The notes below the pieces were generated by a model. That model was not told the DNA's origin, ran no database searches, and was given only the letters and a program-made list of their open reading frames with translations. Source: an uncultured Gemmatimonadales bacterium (GTDB lineage Bacteria; Gemmatimonadota; Gemmatimonadetes; Gemmatimonadales; GWC2-71-9). From it: a stretch of DNA of 64,000 nucleotides. Location: positions 32,001 through 96,000 of the forward strand of contig CAVOGR010000004.1 in the NCBI GenBank assembly GCA_963695555.1, written 5' to 3'. Below are positions 26,605 through 36,735 of this stretch, piece by piece. How positions within the stretch are numbered: the first letter of the stretch is position 1; every line of letters begins with the position of its first letter. The position numbers and the translations under genes were made by a program.

Positions 26605-27498
26605 ACTGGTGGCTTGCGCAGCTCATCTGCCTCGGCCTGGTGGTGGTCGATGTCGTGGCCAGGGCTTGGCGGATCCAGCTCCTGGTTCAGGGGACGGGAG
26701 AGCGTTTGAGTGTGGGCGATGGCCTGGCCGTCAACCTGATCGGGGATGGCGCTTCCGCCGTGACGCCGCTCAGGCTCGGGGGGGAGCCGGCACGCATAGG
26801 GGTTCTGCTTGCGAGTGGCGTGTCGCTCGCTGGGACTTTGGTGGCGAGCGGATATGAGATCCTCATCACCTGGCCGGTGCTCATCGCGTCCGCGCTCCTG
26901 ATCGGCTGGGCCTACGGCTCTGCCTGGTGGGTGGACGTCGGGCCCCGCGTGGTGGACGCCGTTCTTGTGTGGTGGCCGTGGGTCGCCGGGATCGTGCTGT
27001 TGAGTGTCCTCGCCTGGCTCGTGGCCTCGTGGTGGAAGCCTCGGGCCGGGCAGGCCAGGTGGATCCAGTCGTGGAAGGAAGCACTGCGTCGTTGGCGCGC
27101 AATGCCGTGGACCTTGGTGGCCCGGAGCATTCCGCTCACCTTGGTCTCCATCTTTGCCCGGACGGCGATCTTGCCGGTTCTCGCGCTCACGATTCCCGAT
27201 CCGCCGGCGTTGGGCTCCGTAGTCTTGGGCTCCTTCGTGCTGCTCTTCGGTCAGCTCGTCTTGCCGACGCCGGCCGGTGTGGGCGCGGTCGAGTTCGGCT
27301 TCCTGGCCGGCGCGGCCGGGAGCCTCGGGCGCGGACCGAGTGCTCGTATTGACGCTGTGGCGGTTCTACACGACGGGAGTGGGTGTCTTCGCGGCGGCCT
27401 GGCTAGTGGTGCGGCGCTATGGCTGGAGTGCGGTCCGGCAATTCCTGACCGTGCGATCGGCCGGTGCTGAACCGGGCGAGCCCGGCTCGACGGGCTAG
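26601..27498 (+). CDS. Lysylphosphatidylglycerol synthase TM/flippase-like (UPF0104) membrane protein; apparent frameshift at about 27328
   Basis: RAWR, TPLRLGGEP and PTPAGVGAVE; final helix LWRFYT lies in the alternative frame ending 27498. Confidence 0.8.
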
Positions 27499-27821
27499 GT
27501 TTTGGGCGGTGGCGCCATGCCGACGAGCATGACCGTCCGCTCCAACGCGTCCACCACGCCATGCGGTACGTCGGCCGGCGCCCACACCAGTGTTCCCGCC
27601 TCGGCGACGGCGACGTGGTCGCCCACGATCATTCTCGCCTTTCCGGAAACGATCAGATAGAATTTGTCCATGCCGGAATGGTGATGCACCGGCTGTGATT
27701 GGCCGGCCTCGAAGCAGTTGAGGCCGAGGAATAAGTGGTGCCCCCGCGCGAGGTCGACCTTCGCGGCCTTCCCCTCGTGAAACACTGCCGCTGCCTCGAT
27801 GGGCGTGAAGGGGCCATCCAT
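27495..27821 (-). CDS. Cupin domain protein
   Basis: GQSQPVHHH...KFYLIVSG and PADVPHG cupin motifs. Confidence 0.82.
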   Translation of the reverse strand: MDGPFTPIEAAAVFHEGKAAKVDLARGHHLFLGLNCFEAGQSQPVHHHSGMDKFYLIVSGKARMIVGDHVAVAEAGTLVWAPADVPHGVVDALERTVMLVGMAPPPKT

Positions 27822-27894
27822 GGATGCGCCTCACGTGTGGAGTGAATGGTGGCCGGAAACATAACTCTCCTTCGAGACCCTGGAATCGTGATCC

Positions 27895-29322
27895 ATGACA
27901 AACGTTGAGCGAAAGACGACGCAGCCGGGGACCGGCATGCGGATCGAACGCGACAGCCTCGGGATGCTGGAGGTCCCAGCCGACCGGTACTGGGGTGCGC
28001 AGACTGCGCGCTCCCTCATTCATTTCTCGATCGGGCGCGACCGGATGCCGGTGGAGGTGATTCGTGCCTTTGGCATTCTGAAGAAGAGTGCGGCCCTCGC
28101 CAATCGCGGGTTGGGAAAGCTCGATGCCCGCCGGGCGGACCTGATCGTCCAGGCCGCCGACGAGGTCATCGAGGGCAAGTTGGATGATCATTTCCCGCTC
28201 TATGTGTGGCAGACGGGGAGCGGGACACAAACGAACATGAATGCCAACGAGGTCATCGCGAATCGTGCCATCGAGATCAGTGGCGGCACGTTGGGCAGCA
28301 AGGACCCCGTCCATCCCAACGACCACGTCAACATGTCGCAATCGTCGAATGACACGTTCCCCACGGCCATGCACGTTGCCGCCGGCACCGTGATACGCGA
28401 GCGGCTGCTACCCGCGGCTGCCGGATTGCGTGACGCGATCGCCCGCAAGTCATCGGCGTTCGACGACATCGTGAAGATCGGGAGGACCCACCTGCAGGAT
28501 GCCGTCCCGCTCACGGTGGGGCAGGAGTTCTCCGGCTACGTGGCCCAGCTCGACCATGCCTTGGAGCGGCTCCGGGAGTCCCTGCCGGGCCTGTATGAGT
28601 TGGCGATTGGAGGGACGGCGGTGGGCACCGGGCTCAACGCCCCGCCGGAGTTCGGTGATCGCTGTGCCAAGCATATCGCCGAACTGACCGGCATGCCGTT
28701 CGTGTCGGCCGAGAACAAGTTTGCGGCGCTCGCCGCCCATGACGCCATCATCGCGGCCTCCGGGTCCTGCGCCGTCTTGGCCGCGGCGGTCATGAAGATT
28801 GCCAACGACATCCGGTGGGCCGGCTCGGGGCCGCGCTCCGGGTTGGGTGAGCTGGTGCTGCCGGCCAACGAGCCGGGCTCGTCCATCATGCCGGGCAAGG
28901 TCAACCCGACCCAGTGCGAGGCCATCACCATGGTGGCGGTCCAGGTCATGGGCAACCACACGGCCATCATGATGGCCGGGTCGCAGGGCAACTTCGAGCT
29001 CAACGTCTTCAAGCCGGTCATGATCTCGAATCTGCTGCAGTCGGCTATTCTGCTGAGCGATGCCTGCCAGAACTTCACCCGGTACGCGATTGAGGGCCTC
29101 GAGGTCAACCGGCGCCGGATTGCCGAGCATGTGGAGCGTTCCCTCATGTTGGTGACCGCCCTGACCCCGAAGATCGGATACGACAAGGCGGCGGAGATTG
29201 CCCACAAGGCGCAGGTGGAGGAGACCACCCTCAAGGCGGCGACCCTGGCGCTGGGCTACCTGAACTCCGAGGAGTTCGACCGGATCGTCGACGCGAGGGC
29301 CATGACCAAGCCGGCGGGGTAG
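27895..29322 (+). CDS. fumC: Fumarate hydratase class II
   Basis: [20 protein letters not shown] and [15 protein letters not shown]. Confidence 0.97.
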   Translation: MTNVERKTTQPGTGMRIERDSLGMLEVPADRYWGAQTARSLIHFSIGRDRMPVEVIRAFGILKKSAALANRGLGKLDARRADLIVQAADEVIEGKLDDHFPLYVWQTGSGTQTNMNANEVIANRAIEISGGTLGSKDPVHPNDHVNMSQSSNDTFPTAMHVAAGTVIRERLLPAAAGLRDAIARKSSAFDDIVKIGRTHLQDAVPLTVGQEFSGYVAQLDHALERLRESLPGLYELAIGGTAVGTGLNAPPEFGDRCAKHIAELTGMPFVSAENKFAALAAHDAIIAASGSCAVLAAAVMKIANDIRWAGSGPRSGLGELVLPANEPGSSIMPGKVNPTQCEAITMVAVQVMGNHTAIMMAGSQGNFELNVFKPVMISNLLQSAILLSDACQNFTRYAIEGLEVNRRRIAEHVERSLMLVTALTPKIGYDKAAEIAHKAQVEETTLKAATLALGYLNSEEFDRIVDARAMTKPAG

Positions 29323-29412
29323 GGAACCGGCACGCAGCCTGGGTGGCTCACGGGGCCCAGAGGTCGCTGTGGCCCTGAAGCGACCTTCACAGAATATTCA
29401 CAACACTTTTTC

Positions 29413-29441
29413 TTGTTCGGTTGGGTTCACGAACATATGTT
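29413..29441 (+). promoter_or_regulatory. Candidate leaderless promoter with overlapping inverted repeat
   Basis: TTGTTC-N17-TATGTT ending 6 nt before ATG 29448; TGTTCG-N10-CGAACA at 29414-29435. Confidence 0.45.
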
Positions 29442-29447
29442 TCGGGC

Positions 29448-29897
29448 ATGCGAGTCACGACCTGGACAGAGTACAGCCTCCTCATCACGCTCCACTTGGC
29501 CCGGAACGGGTCGAGCCCGGTGCCGGCGCGGGTCGTGGCTGACGAAGAACAGCTGCCGGCCGATTACACCGAGCAGATCTGTCTCCGCCTGAGACGGGCC
29601 GGCCTGGTGCAGAGTGTCAGGGGAGCGAAGGGCGGCTACCTGCTCGCCAAGGATCCTGCGGACATCTCCGTCAAGGACGTGATGAACGCTTGCGAGCACG
29701 CGACATTTTCGATCAACTGCGACACCCGTCCAGTGAACGAAGAGCGCTGTGACCCGGGAGCCGCCTGCAGCATCCGACCCGTGTGGCATGCGCTCCAACG
29801 GCGCATCGACGACCTGCTGGTCGGAGTGACGCTTGCGGATCTGCTGAAGGACGAACAGGAGGTCGAAGCATTGGTTGGGCTCGGGTCCGGCGGTTGA
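29448..29897 (+). CDS. Rrf2 family transcriptional regulator (IscR/SufR-like)
   Basis: LRRAGLVQSVRGAKGGYLL wHTH; C-terminal Cys cluster (C-x9-C-x5-C). Confidence 0.9.
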   Translation: MRVTTWTEYSLLITLHLARNGSSPVPARVVADEEQLPADYTEQICLRLRRAGLVQSVRGAKGGYLLAKDPADISVKDVMNACEHATFSINCDTRPVNEERCDPGAACSIRPVWHALQRRIDDLLVGVTLADLLKDEQEVEALVGLGSGG

Positions 29898-29921
29898 GCC
29901 AACCGAATCAATGGGCTCGCG

Positions 29922-29952
29922 GACCCGGCCGGCGGCCGGGTCTTTGTTTTTT
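29922..29952 (+). terminator. Intrinsic terminator after the Rrf2 gene
   Basis: GACCCGGCC/GGCCGGGTC stem followed by TTTGTTTTTT. Confidence 0.8.
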
Positions 29953-29973
29953 AGCACGTGGAGCGACCGAACG

Positions 29974-31155
29974 ATGAAGCGCGACTACTGGCACCACCCC
30001 GCGATGGGCGACGCGGCCCTGCCGTCATTGTCTCATGACGAGGTCTTGCGCTACTCGCGGCATCTGATGCTTCCCGAGGTGGGCGTCGATGGACAGCGCA
30101 AGCTCAAGGCCGCGCGGGTGCTCCTGGTCGGAGCAGGCGGACTGGGCTCGCCGCTTGCCCTCTACCTCGCTGCGGCAGGTGTGGGAACCCTGGGCATGGT
30201 GGAGTTCGACGCGGTCGATGTGTCCAACCTTCAGCGCCAGGTCCTCCACGGGAGCTCGGCGATCGGCCGACCCAAACTCAAGAGCGCCAAGGCCCGGCTC
30301 AAAGACCTCAATCCCCACGTGCACTTCGAGCCCATTGCCGACAAGCTCACCTCGGCTAATGCCTTGGAGATCGTTCGGGCATTCGACATCGTGGCCGATG
30401 GGTCGGACAACTTCCCCACCCGATATCTGGTCAACGACGCGTGCGCCCTGGCTGGCAAGCCCTACGCATACGGCGCCATTCTTCGCTTCGAGGGCCAGGC
30501 ATCCGTGTTCGATGCCGCCCGAGGGCCCTGCTATCGCTGTCTCTTCTCGGAGCCGCCGCCCCCCGAGCTCGTGCCGAGTTGCGCCGACGCTGGGGTGCTC
30601 GGGGTGCTCCCGGGGATCATCGGCAGCATCCAGGCGCTCGAAGTCCTGAAGTTCATTCTGGGCGTGGGGGAGTCGTTGCTGGGGCGTCTCGTGGTGTTCG
30701 ATGCGTTGGGAATGCGGTTCCGTGAGCTCGCCCTCAAGAAGGATCCGGCGTGTCCCATGTGCGGTCTGGAACCAACCATCACCGCGTTGATGGACTACGA
30801 GGCGTTCTGCGGCGTCGCGTCGGCGCCCGCGAACCCAAGCCCGGAAGTAAGCGTCCGTGCCCTGGCGGGTGAGCTCGAGAATGGCCGGCCGGTTCTGCTG
30901 CTCGATGTGCGGGAGCCTCGTGAATGGGACCGGGTCCACCTGGCCGACGCCACGCTCATTCCTCTCGGTCAGCTTCCCAGCCGGTTGGCAGAGCTCGACA
31001 ACCACCCCGACATCGTCGCCTATTGCCACACCGGCGTCAGGTCGTTGCGCGCGGTTCAGCTCCTACTGAGCGCCGGGTTTCGGAGGGCGCGAAGCCTCGC
31101 GGGCGGGATCGATGCGTGGTCCCGGGAAGTTGACCGTACGATGCCCCGGTATTGA
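29974..31155 (+). CDS. moeB: MoeB/ThiF adenylyltransferase with C-terminal rhodanese (MoeZ type)
   Basis: RYSRH, GAGGLG, SNLQRQ, CYRC and CPMC Zn sites; rhodanese DVRE...YCHTGVRS. Confidence 0.92.
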   Translation: MKRDYWHHPAMGDAALPSLSHDEVLRYSRHLMLPEVGVDGQRKLKAARVLLVGAGGLGSPLALYLAAAGVGTLGMVEFDAVDVSNLQRQVLHGSSAIGRPKLKSAKARLKDLNPHVHFEPIADKLTSANALEIVRAFDIVADGSDNFPTRYLVNDACALAGKPYAYGAILRFEGQASVFDAARGPCYRCLFSEPPPPELVPSCADAGVLGVLPGIIGSIQALEVLKFILGVGESLLGRLVVFDALGMRFRELALKKDPACPMCGLEPTITALMDYEAFCGVASAPANPSPEVSVRALAGELENGRPVLLLDVREPREWDRVHLADATLIPLGQLPSRLAELDNHPDIVAYCHTGVRSLRAVQLLLSAGFRRARSLAGGIDAWSREVDRTMPRY

Positions 31156-31327
31156 GCCACTCCTGGCCCGCCGCAGGTCGGGTTGTGCGTCCGCCGGATG
31201 ATTCGGCGGTGGCCGTTGTGATGTCCTGCCACGGGGACGATCGGGGGAGAGGCCCAGGCCGGAAACAGCGCCGGAGCCGGTAAGAGAAGGCCCCATCCAG
31301 GGGCATAGGCCTTGCAAGGAGATGCAG

Positions 31328-31411
31328 TGCCGAAGGGGGGATTCGAACCCCCACGGGCTTACGCCCACTGCGCCCTGAACGCAGCGCGTCTACCAGTTCC
31401 ACCACTTCGGC
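31328..31411 (-). tRNA. tRNA-Leu(CAG), CCA not encoded
   Basis: Cloverleaf: acceptor GCCGAAG/CTTCGGC, anticodon stem CTGCG/CGCAG with loop TTCAGGG, long variable arm, GGGGGTTCGAATCCCCC T arm. Confidence 0.95.
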
Positions 31412-31419
31412 CTGGCGGC

Positions 31420-31486
31420 AAAGTACCCGTTGATGCGGCGCGCCGTCAAGGATCCGATTGATTCCGTGGAACTCGCTGTCTATCTT
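31420..31486. promoter_or_regulatory. Back-to-back sigma70-type promoters for tRNA-Leu and smpB
   Basis: Minus strand TTGACG-N18-TACTTT (31449-31420); plus strand TTGATT-N17-TATCTT (31458-31486). Confidence 0.55.
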
Positions 31487-31504
31487 GCGGTTACGGAAGA
31501 ACCC

Positions 31505-31990
31505 ATGGGGGGAAAAGCGGCTGTTCCCGACGGATCCAGGCGAATCGTTGCCCGCAACCGCAGGGCCACCCACGACTACCACATCCTGGAAACCTGGGAA
31601 GCGGGAATGGTGCTGACCGGGACCGAGGTCAAGGCGCTCAGGCACGGCAAGGCCTCGATCAAGGAAGCCTATGCCAAGGTCAGGCGCGGGGAACTGTATC
31701 TCGAGGGCATGAACATCACGCCCTACGAGCACGGGAATCGGTACAACCACGAGCCGCAGCGCGCACGGAAGTTGTTGCTGCATCGGAAGGAGATCGAGCG
31801 GATGATCGGTGCAGTGGAACGGCAGGGACTGACGCTCATTCCCTTGGAGGTGTACTTCAGGGATGGGCGCGCCAAGGTGACGCTTGCCCTCGGCAAGGGC
31901 AAGAAGCAGCATGATCAGCGCCAGGATCTCAAACGCCGCGACGCGGAGCGCGAAATGTCTCGAGCGTTGTCGAGGAAGTCCCGGACATGA
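31505..31990 (+). CDS. smpB: SsrA-binding protein
   Basis: NRRATHDY, EAGMVLTGTEVKALR, RKLLLH and GKGKK. Confidence 0.96.
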   Translation: MGGKAAVPDGSRRIVARNRRATHDYHILETWEAGMVLTGTEVKALRHGKASIKEAYAKVRRGELYLEGMNITPYEHGNRYNHEPQRARKLLLHRKEIERMIGAVERQGLTLIPLEVYFRDGRAKVTLALGKGKKQHDQRQDLKRRDAEREMSRALSRKSRT

Positions 31991-33174
31991 TCACGCTGAT
32001 GCTGGCCCTCCTTTTGGGGCCGGCCGATGCCCCGCCGGCATCGCTGGTTGTTCTTACTCCTCGCGGTGAGACTCGCCTCGAAGTTCGCCAGGACATGACG
32101 GGTGCGCCTCTCCTGTCCGCGCAGGAATTGACAGCGGCGTTGGACGGCGATCTCACCCGAAGCGATCCTTGGACCCGGCTCGTTGTCGCCCGCCAGACCT
32201 TCGAGTTCCTGCTCGACGCTCCGCTCTATCGTTTCAACGACCGTCTCGAAACGCTGACCGCGTCGGCCACGGTCATTCGCGACACCGTCTACCTCCCCTT
32301 CGAGTTCGTGTCGGAGGTGCTGCCGCGGTTCTTGAGCGAGCGCTATCGCTACGACGGTGCCTCCGTGCGTCTCGTCGAGACCGGCCTTGCCCGCCCGGCG
32401 CCCGTGGCTGAACGGCTGCCCAGCGGCCTGCTCCCCGGTCATGTCGTGACCATCGACCCGGGTCACGGAGGGAGGCACCCCGGGAATCCGGGCAAATTCT
32501 TCCCCGCGGGCGTCAAAGAAAAGCACGTTACGCTCGAGGTCGGCCTTCTGCTTCGGGATGAGCTCGTCCTGCGTGGGATCACCGTGCGGATGACTCGGAC
32601 GTCCGATGCTTTTGTGGCTCTCGGCGACCGAGCGGCGCTCTGCTCGCGCGACTGTGACCTGTTCGTGAGCCTCCACGTGGACGCGCTGGATCCGCGACGC
32701 CGCTCGGACTATCGATCCATCGGCGGGTTCTCCTCCTATATCATCGGCAACGAGAACACCGAAGACGCCGATCGGGTGGCCAGCGTCGAGAACGAGGCCC
32801 TCCGATACGAAACTGCCGAGCAGGCGAACTCGAGGAGCGCGCTCGATTTCATCCTGCGTGACCTCCAGATGAACGAGTACCTGCGTGAGTCCGAACGCGC
32901 GGGTGCGTTGATCCAAGAACGTATCGACCGGATCCACCCTGGAGAGAATCGCGGGGTCCATCAGTCGAATCGGCTTGCGGTTCTCAACCTTGGTCGAAGG
33001 CCCGCGGTCCTGTTCGAAATGGGGTACGCCACCAATCGTGAGGACGCGAAGTTCCTGACCACGCGTGCCCAGCAGAAGCGACTCGCCTCAGCCCTGGCCG
33101 ACGCAATCGTGGCCTATCTCCTCGAATTCGAGCGCAAGGTCGGCTTCGAGCAGGCGGCCCGTCCCGCACCGTGA
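31987..33174 (+). CDS. N-acetylmuramoyl-L-alanine amidase (Amidase_3)
   Basis: IDPGHGG, EK, SLHVD and PAVLFEMGY Zn-binding motifs. Confidence 0.9.
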   Translation: MITLMLALLLGPADAPPASLVVLTPRGETRLEVRQDMTGAPLLSAQELTAALDGDLTRSDPWTRLVVARQTFEFLLDAPLYRFNDRLETLTASATVIRDTVYLPFEFVSEVLPRFLSERYRYDGASVRLVETGLARPAPVAERLPSGLLPGHVVTIDPGHGGRHPGNPGKFFPAGVKEKHVTLEVGLLLRDELVLRGITVRMTRTSDAFVALGDRAALCSRDCDLFVSLHVDALDPRRRSDYRSIGGFSSYIIGNENTEDADRVASVENEALRYETAEQANSRSALDFILRDLQMNEYLRESERAGALIQERIDRIHPGENRGVHQSNRLAVLNLGRRPAVLFEMGYATNREDAKFLTTRAQQKRLASALADAIVAYLLEFERKVGFEQAARPAP

Positions 33175-34577
33175 GACGCGTCGCTGCCCTGACCCTGCTG
33201 ATCGCCGGTGCGGGGTGCGCCTACTACAACGGCATGTACAACGCCAACCGGCTGGCACGCGAAGCCGAGAAGGCGGAGCGGGAAGGTCGGGCGTTCCAGT
33301 CCGACGGATTGTGGGCGCAGGCAGCTGTGCGCGCCGAGTCGGTTCTGGTGCGCCACCCCGGGAGCAAGTGGGCCGACGACGCCATGTTGCTCCGGGGCAA
33401 GGCCTATAAGAAACGCAACGACTGTCCGTCGGCGATTCCTTCCCTTCAAGATGCGATCTTCTCCAGCCGCGACTCCGCCCTGGTAACCGAAGCGGCGCTC
33501 CTGCTGGGGGAATGCTATGTGGAGGTCGGCAACTACGACGCGGCCGACGCGGCGTTGCGCCGTGCGTATGGGACCGGAGATTCACTCGTCCTGTCACGTG
33601 TCCGCCGGACCCACGCCAAGGCGCTTACCCTGGCCGGAAGCTACGGGGAGGCGCTTGGGCTTTATCGCGACATCGAAGATCCCACTGCCGATGGGATTCG
33701 TCTCCAAGCCTTGGCCGGGGGGGGAAGTCTGGCTCACGCAGCCGCCCTCGCAGATTCACTTCTGGTGCGGCGCGATTCCACCGTGCCGTGGGATTCGGTA
33801 CTCGCGGTCACCGGACGGCGTGACGCCGTGGCGGCTTCGGCGCTGACGGACCGGCTGCTCAGAGAGCAGGAACTCCAACCCCAGGTTCGGGCGCGCTGGC
33901 TGTTCGGTGACGGCATGCGGTTGGCGCAGGTCGACACGGTGCGTGCCACCCAACGGTTGCAGGCGGCGGCCAGTGTTGGAGACCAACGCACTCCGTCGGG
34001 TTCTCAGGCGCGGCTCATGCTGGCTCGCCTCGCCCTGGCGCAGGTCGGCGAGGTCGGCCAGCTGGAGGCGCTCCAGCCGATGCTCGTCGAATTCCAGGAG
34101 CTCGGCGGTGCGGGCGGCTTCGAGGCCGGCCGGTTGCTGGCATCGGTCGACCGGGTGCGTCAGACCGCGGATTCTGTCGGCCCTGACACACCGCAGGGCG
34201 ACCTCGAATGGTTCTTGGCCGCGGAAACCGCACGAGATCTCCTGCAGGCGCCGGCACTGGCCAGCGGCCTGTTTCTGCGCCTGGCCGAGACCTGGCCGTC
34301 GTCGCCGTATGCGGCGAAGGCGCTGCTCGCCCTGGCGGATCTCCAACCCGCACTCGCCCCGGCTCTCCGCCAGCTCCTGATCTCGGGATACAGGCAGAGT
34401 CCGTATGTTGCCGCGATTTCCGGAACGGACGATCCGTCCTATCGCGTCCTCGAAGACTCGCTCAAGTCCTTCACCGCCTCGAGAGTCGGCTCCCGTCCCG
34501 ACCGGACGAGACCGGGACAACCGGATCGCCCGCGTCCCGATCAGGACCGGCGGCTGGGCGAAGATGACGTGCAATAG
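33171..34577 (+). CDS. TPR-containing lipoprotein
   Basis: GAGC lipobox followed by YYN; SKWADDA; helical repeats. Confidence 0.75.
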   Translation: MRRVAALTLLIAGAGCAYYNGMYNANRLAREAEKAEREGRAFQSDGLWAQAAVRAESVLVRHPGSKWADDAMLLRGKAYKKRNDCPSAIPSLQDAIFSSRDSALVTEAALLLGECYVEVGNYDAADAALRRAYGTGDSLVLSRVRRTHAKALTLAGSYGEALGLYRDIEDPTADGIRLQALAGGGSLAHAAALADSLLVRRDSTVPWDSVLAVTGRRDAVAASALTDRLLREQELQPQVRARWLFGDGMRLAQVDTVRATQRLQAAASVGDQRTPSGSQARLMLARLALAQVGEVGQLEALQPMLVEFQELGGAGGFEAGRLLASVDRVRQTADSVGPDTPQGDLEWFLAAETARDLLQAPALASGLFLRLAETWPSSPYAAKALLALADLQPALAPALRQLLISGYRQSPYVAAISGTDDPSYRVLEDSLKSFTASRVGSRPDRTRPGQPDRPRPDQDRRLGEDDVQ

Positions 34578-35458
34578 TGGATCGCCTGCCTGTTAGTCAC
34601 CATGTCTTCGGGCGGCAGTTTCACAATCCGATCGTTCTCGCCGCCGGCACGGCTGGTTTCGGCGTGGAGCTCGACGGCGTAATGAATCTGCGCCGCCTCG
34701 GCGGTGTGATCACCAAGTCCGTGTCGCTCGAACCGCGGAAAGGCAATCCGCGTCCACGGGTCGCCGAGTTTCATGGCGGGATGTTGAACTCCGTCGGATT
34801 GGCCAATCCGGGGGTCGACCGGGTGTGCACGGTGGAGCTGCCGGCCATGCTGGCACTCCTCCAGCACACCGCAGCCATCGTGAGCGTGGTGGGGTTCGTT
34901 CCCGAGGAGTACGCCCAGGTCGTGGCACGCCTGGAGCAGATTGACGGCATCGCAGCCTACGAACTCAACCTGTCATGCCCGAACACGGCGGCAGGCGGCA
35001 TCGAATTCGGCGCTGATCCGAGTGCGGTCAGCCACATCGTGTCGCTGGTCCGTACCGCGACCAGGCGGCCCATCATCGCGAAGCTTTCACCGGTGATCCC
35101 GGACATCCTGGCCCTGGCCCACGCCGCACGGTCAGCGGGCGCGGATGGAATCGCCCTGGTCAACACCATCCCCGGCTGGCTCTACCGCGACGGTGGCAGC
35201 ACGCGCCTCGGGGCGGGATTCGGCGGAATGAGCGGACCCGCGCTCCTGCCCGTTGGGGTCGCTGCGGTCCGGAAGGTCGCGACCGGGCTCCCGGGCTTTC
35301 CGGTCATCGGTGTTGGCGGTGTTTGCACGGCCAACGATGCGCGGCAGTATCTTGAAGCCGGCGCACAGTTGGTTGGTATCGGGACTGCAGCGCTCGCCGA
35401 CCCCCGGCTCCCTGAGCGAGTGGTGCGCAACTTGGGAGGCACGCAGTGGCTGAGTTGA
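34577..35458 (+). CDS. pyrD: Dihydroorotate dehydrogenase family 1 (catalytic subunit)
   Basis: ELNLSCPN, KLSP, LVNT and GGMSG. Confidence 0.93.
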   Translation: MDRLPVSHHVFGRQFHNPIVLAAGTAGFGVELDGVMNLRRLGGVITKSVSLEPRKGNPRPRVAEFHGGMLNSVGLANPGVDRVCTVELPAMLALLQHTAAIVSVVGFVPEEYAQVVARLEQIDGIAAYELNLSCPNTAAGGIEFGADPSAVSHIVSLVRTATRRPIIAKLSPVIPDILALAHAARSAGADGIALVNTIPGWLYRDGGSTRLGAGFGGMSGPALLPVGVAAVRKVATGLPGFPVIGVGGVCTANDARQYLEAGAQLVGIGTAALADPRLPERVVRNLGGTQWLS

Positions 35459-36138
35459 TCGTCGCGCTCGATGTCAATCGAGGCCCCGACGCCCTTCGAT
35501 TGCTCGACCGATTGCCCCAGGCCCGCTGGGTCAAGGTCGGATCGCGCCTCATGACGCGGGAGGGTGGGAGCCTGCTGCGGCGGTTGACCGAGCGGGGGCT
35601 CCTCGTGTTTCTCGACCTGAAGTGGCACGACATTCCCCATACGGTAGCCGGCGCGGTCGAAACGGCGCAGGAGATCGGGGTGCGGATGGCGACGATCCAC
35701 GCGCTGGGAGGCGCGGAGATGCTCGCGGCTGCGGCTCAAGCCGCTCACTCATTGTCGCTCATTGCAGTCACCGTACTCACCTCTCATGACGCCGAATCGT
35801 ATGGAGCGGCTCTCGGCCGGAGCGCCCTGTCCGTCGATGAGGAGGTCGCGCGACTCACGCGGGCCACGTTTGCGGCCGGCCTTGCCGGTGTGGTCTGCTC
35901 GGCGCACGAGGTCCGCGCCGCCCGGAGCGCGCTCGGGCCAGCGGGCCTCATCGTGGTGCCGGGCATCCGGCGCACCGGTGATCCCTCGGGTGATCAACGG
36001 CGCATTGCGACGCCGCGGCAGGCCGTGTCCGATGGGGCCACGCATCTGGTCGTCGGCCGGCCCCTGCTCGCGGCCCGGGACCCGGCCGGCGTGTTCCGGC
36101 AGATGAAGGAAGAGGTGGAAGCATGCGGCCAGCCCTAG
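35446..36138 (+). CDS. pyrF: Orotidine-5'-phosphate decarboxylase
   Basis: FLDLKWHDIPHTV, VTVLTS, PGIR and VGRP. Confidence 0.95.
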   Translation: MAELIVALDVNRGPDALRLLDRLPQARWVKVGSRLMTREGGSLLRRLTERGLLVFLDLKWHDIPHTVAGAVETAQEIGVRMATIHALGGAEMLAAAAQAAHSLSLIAVTVLTSHDAESYGAALGRSALSVDEEVARLTRATFAAGLAGVVCSAHEVRAARSALGPAGLIVVPGIRRTGDPSGDQRRIATPRQAVSDGATHLVVGRPLLAARDPAGVFRQMKEEVEACGQP

Positions 36139-36542
36139 GCCTGCTGGTGCTCGGGGCCGCCTTGGGCGCTCCGCCGCTCGCCGGGCAGGAGAGCCTGGGC
36201 GCCCTGGCAGAGAACGCCCGTCAGGCGCTGGAGAGGCAGGATCCGGCCGTTCTCATAGGGCAAAGCCGCCGGCTCTTGGTCCAGCTGCCCGAGGCCGATC
36301 CCTCGGCACCAGTCGATCGGGCGCAGGCGGTGGCCCTGCTGGAGGGCTTCCTTCGGGGCACGGAGGGCGCCGGAACCACGATCCGGGCGGCCCGGCGGGT
36401 CACCCCGGAGACGGGCTACGTGGAGCTGACCCGTCGGTTCCGGGTGGTCGGAACGGCGGAGATTCGCCGCCAGACGGTGCTCCTCAGCTTCCGTCGCCGC
36501 GGGGAGGGCTGGCAGCTGGTGGAGGTGCGGGTGTCCAGCTAG
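36123..36542 (+). CDS. Secreted hypothetical protein (possibly DUF4783/NTF2-like)
   Basis: Signal peptide; beta-rich C-terminus ending WQLVEVR. Confidence 0.6.
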   Translation: MRPALGLLVLGAALGAPPLAGQESLGALAENARQALERQDPAVLIGQSRRLLVQLPEADPSAPVDRAQAVALLEGFLRGTEGAGTTIRAARRVTPETGYVELTRRFRVVGTAEIRRQTVLLSFRRRGEGWQLVEVRVSS

Positions 36543-36548
36543 TCCGGG

Positions 36549-36577
36549 TTGCGTGCTGCACGTAGGCTCTCTATATT
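36549..36577 (+). promoter_or_regulatory. Sigma70-type promoter for the rpmJ-alpha operon
   Basis: TTGCGT-N17-TATATT. Confidence 0.6.
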
Positions 36578-36615
36578 TTCATGCTAGTCCCAAAACTGGC
36601 TCTGGAGAGTCCTAA

Positions 36616-36732
36616 GTGAAGGTCCGAACCAGCGTTAAGCCCATCTGCGAGCATTGCAAAGTGATCCGTCGTCAAGGCGTCATACGGATCATCTGCAAGC
36701 GCAATCCCAAACACAAGCAACGGCAGGGCTAG
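36616..36732 (+). CDS. rpmJ: 50S ribosomal protein L36 (absent from the ORF track)
   Basis: Manual translation [45 protein letters not shown]. Confidence 0.97.
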   Translation: MKVRTSVKPICEHCKVIRRQGVIRIICKRNPKHKQRQG

Positions 36733-36735
36733 TCA

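Noticed and set aside
31156..31411. tRNA-Leu 3' end as a possible integration site
   Set aside because: No integrase, no duplicated tRNA 3' fragment seen, and the flanking genes are housekeeping
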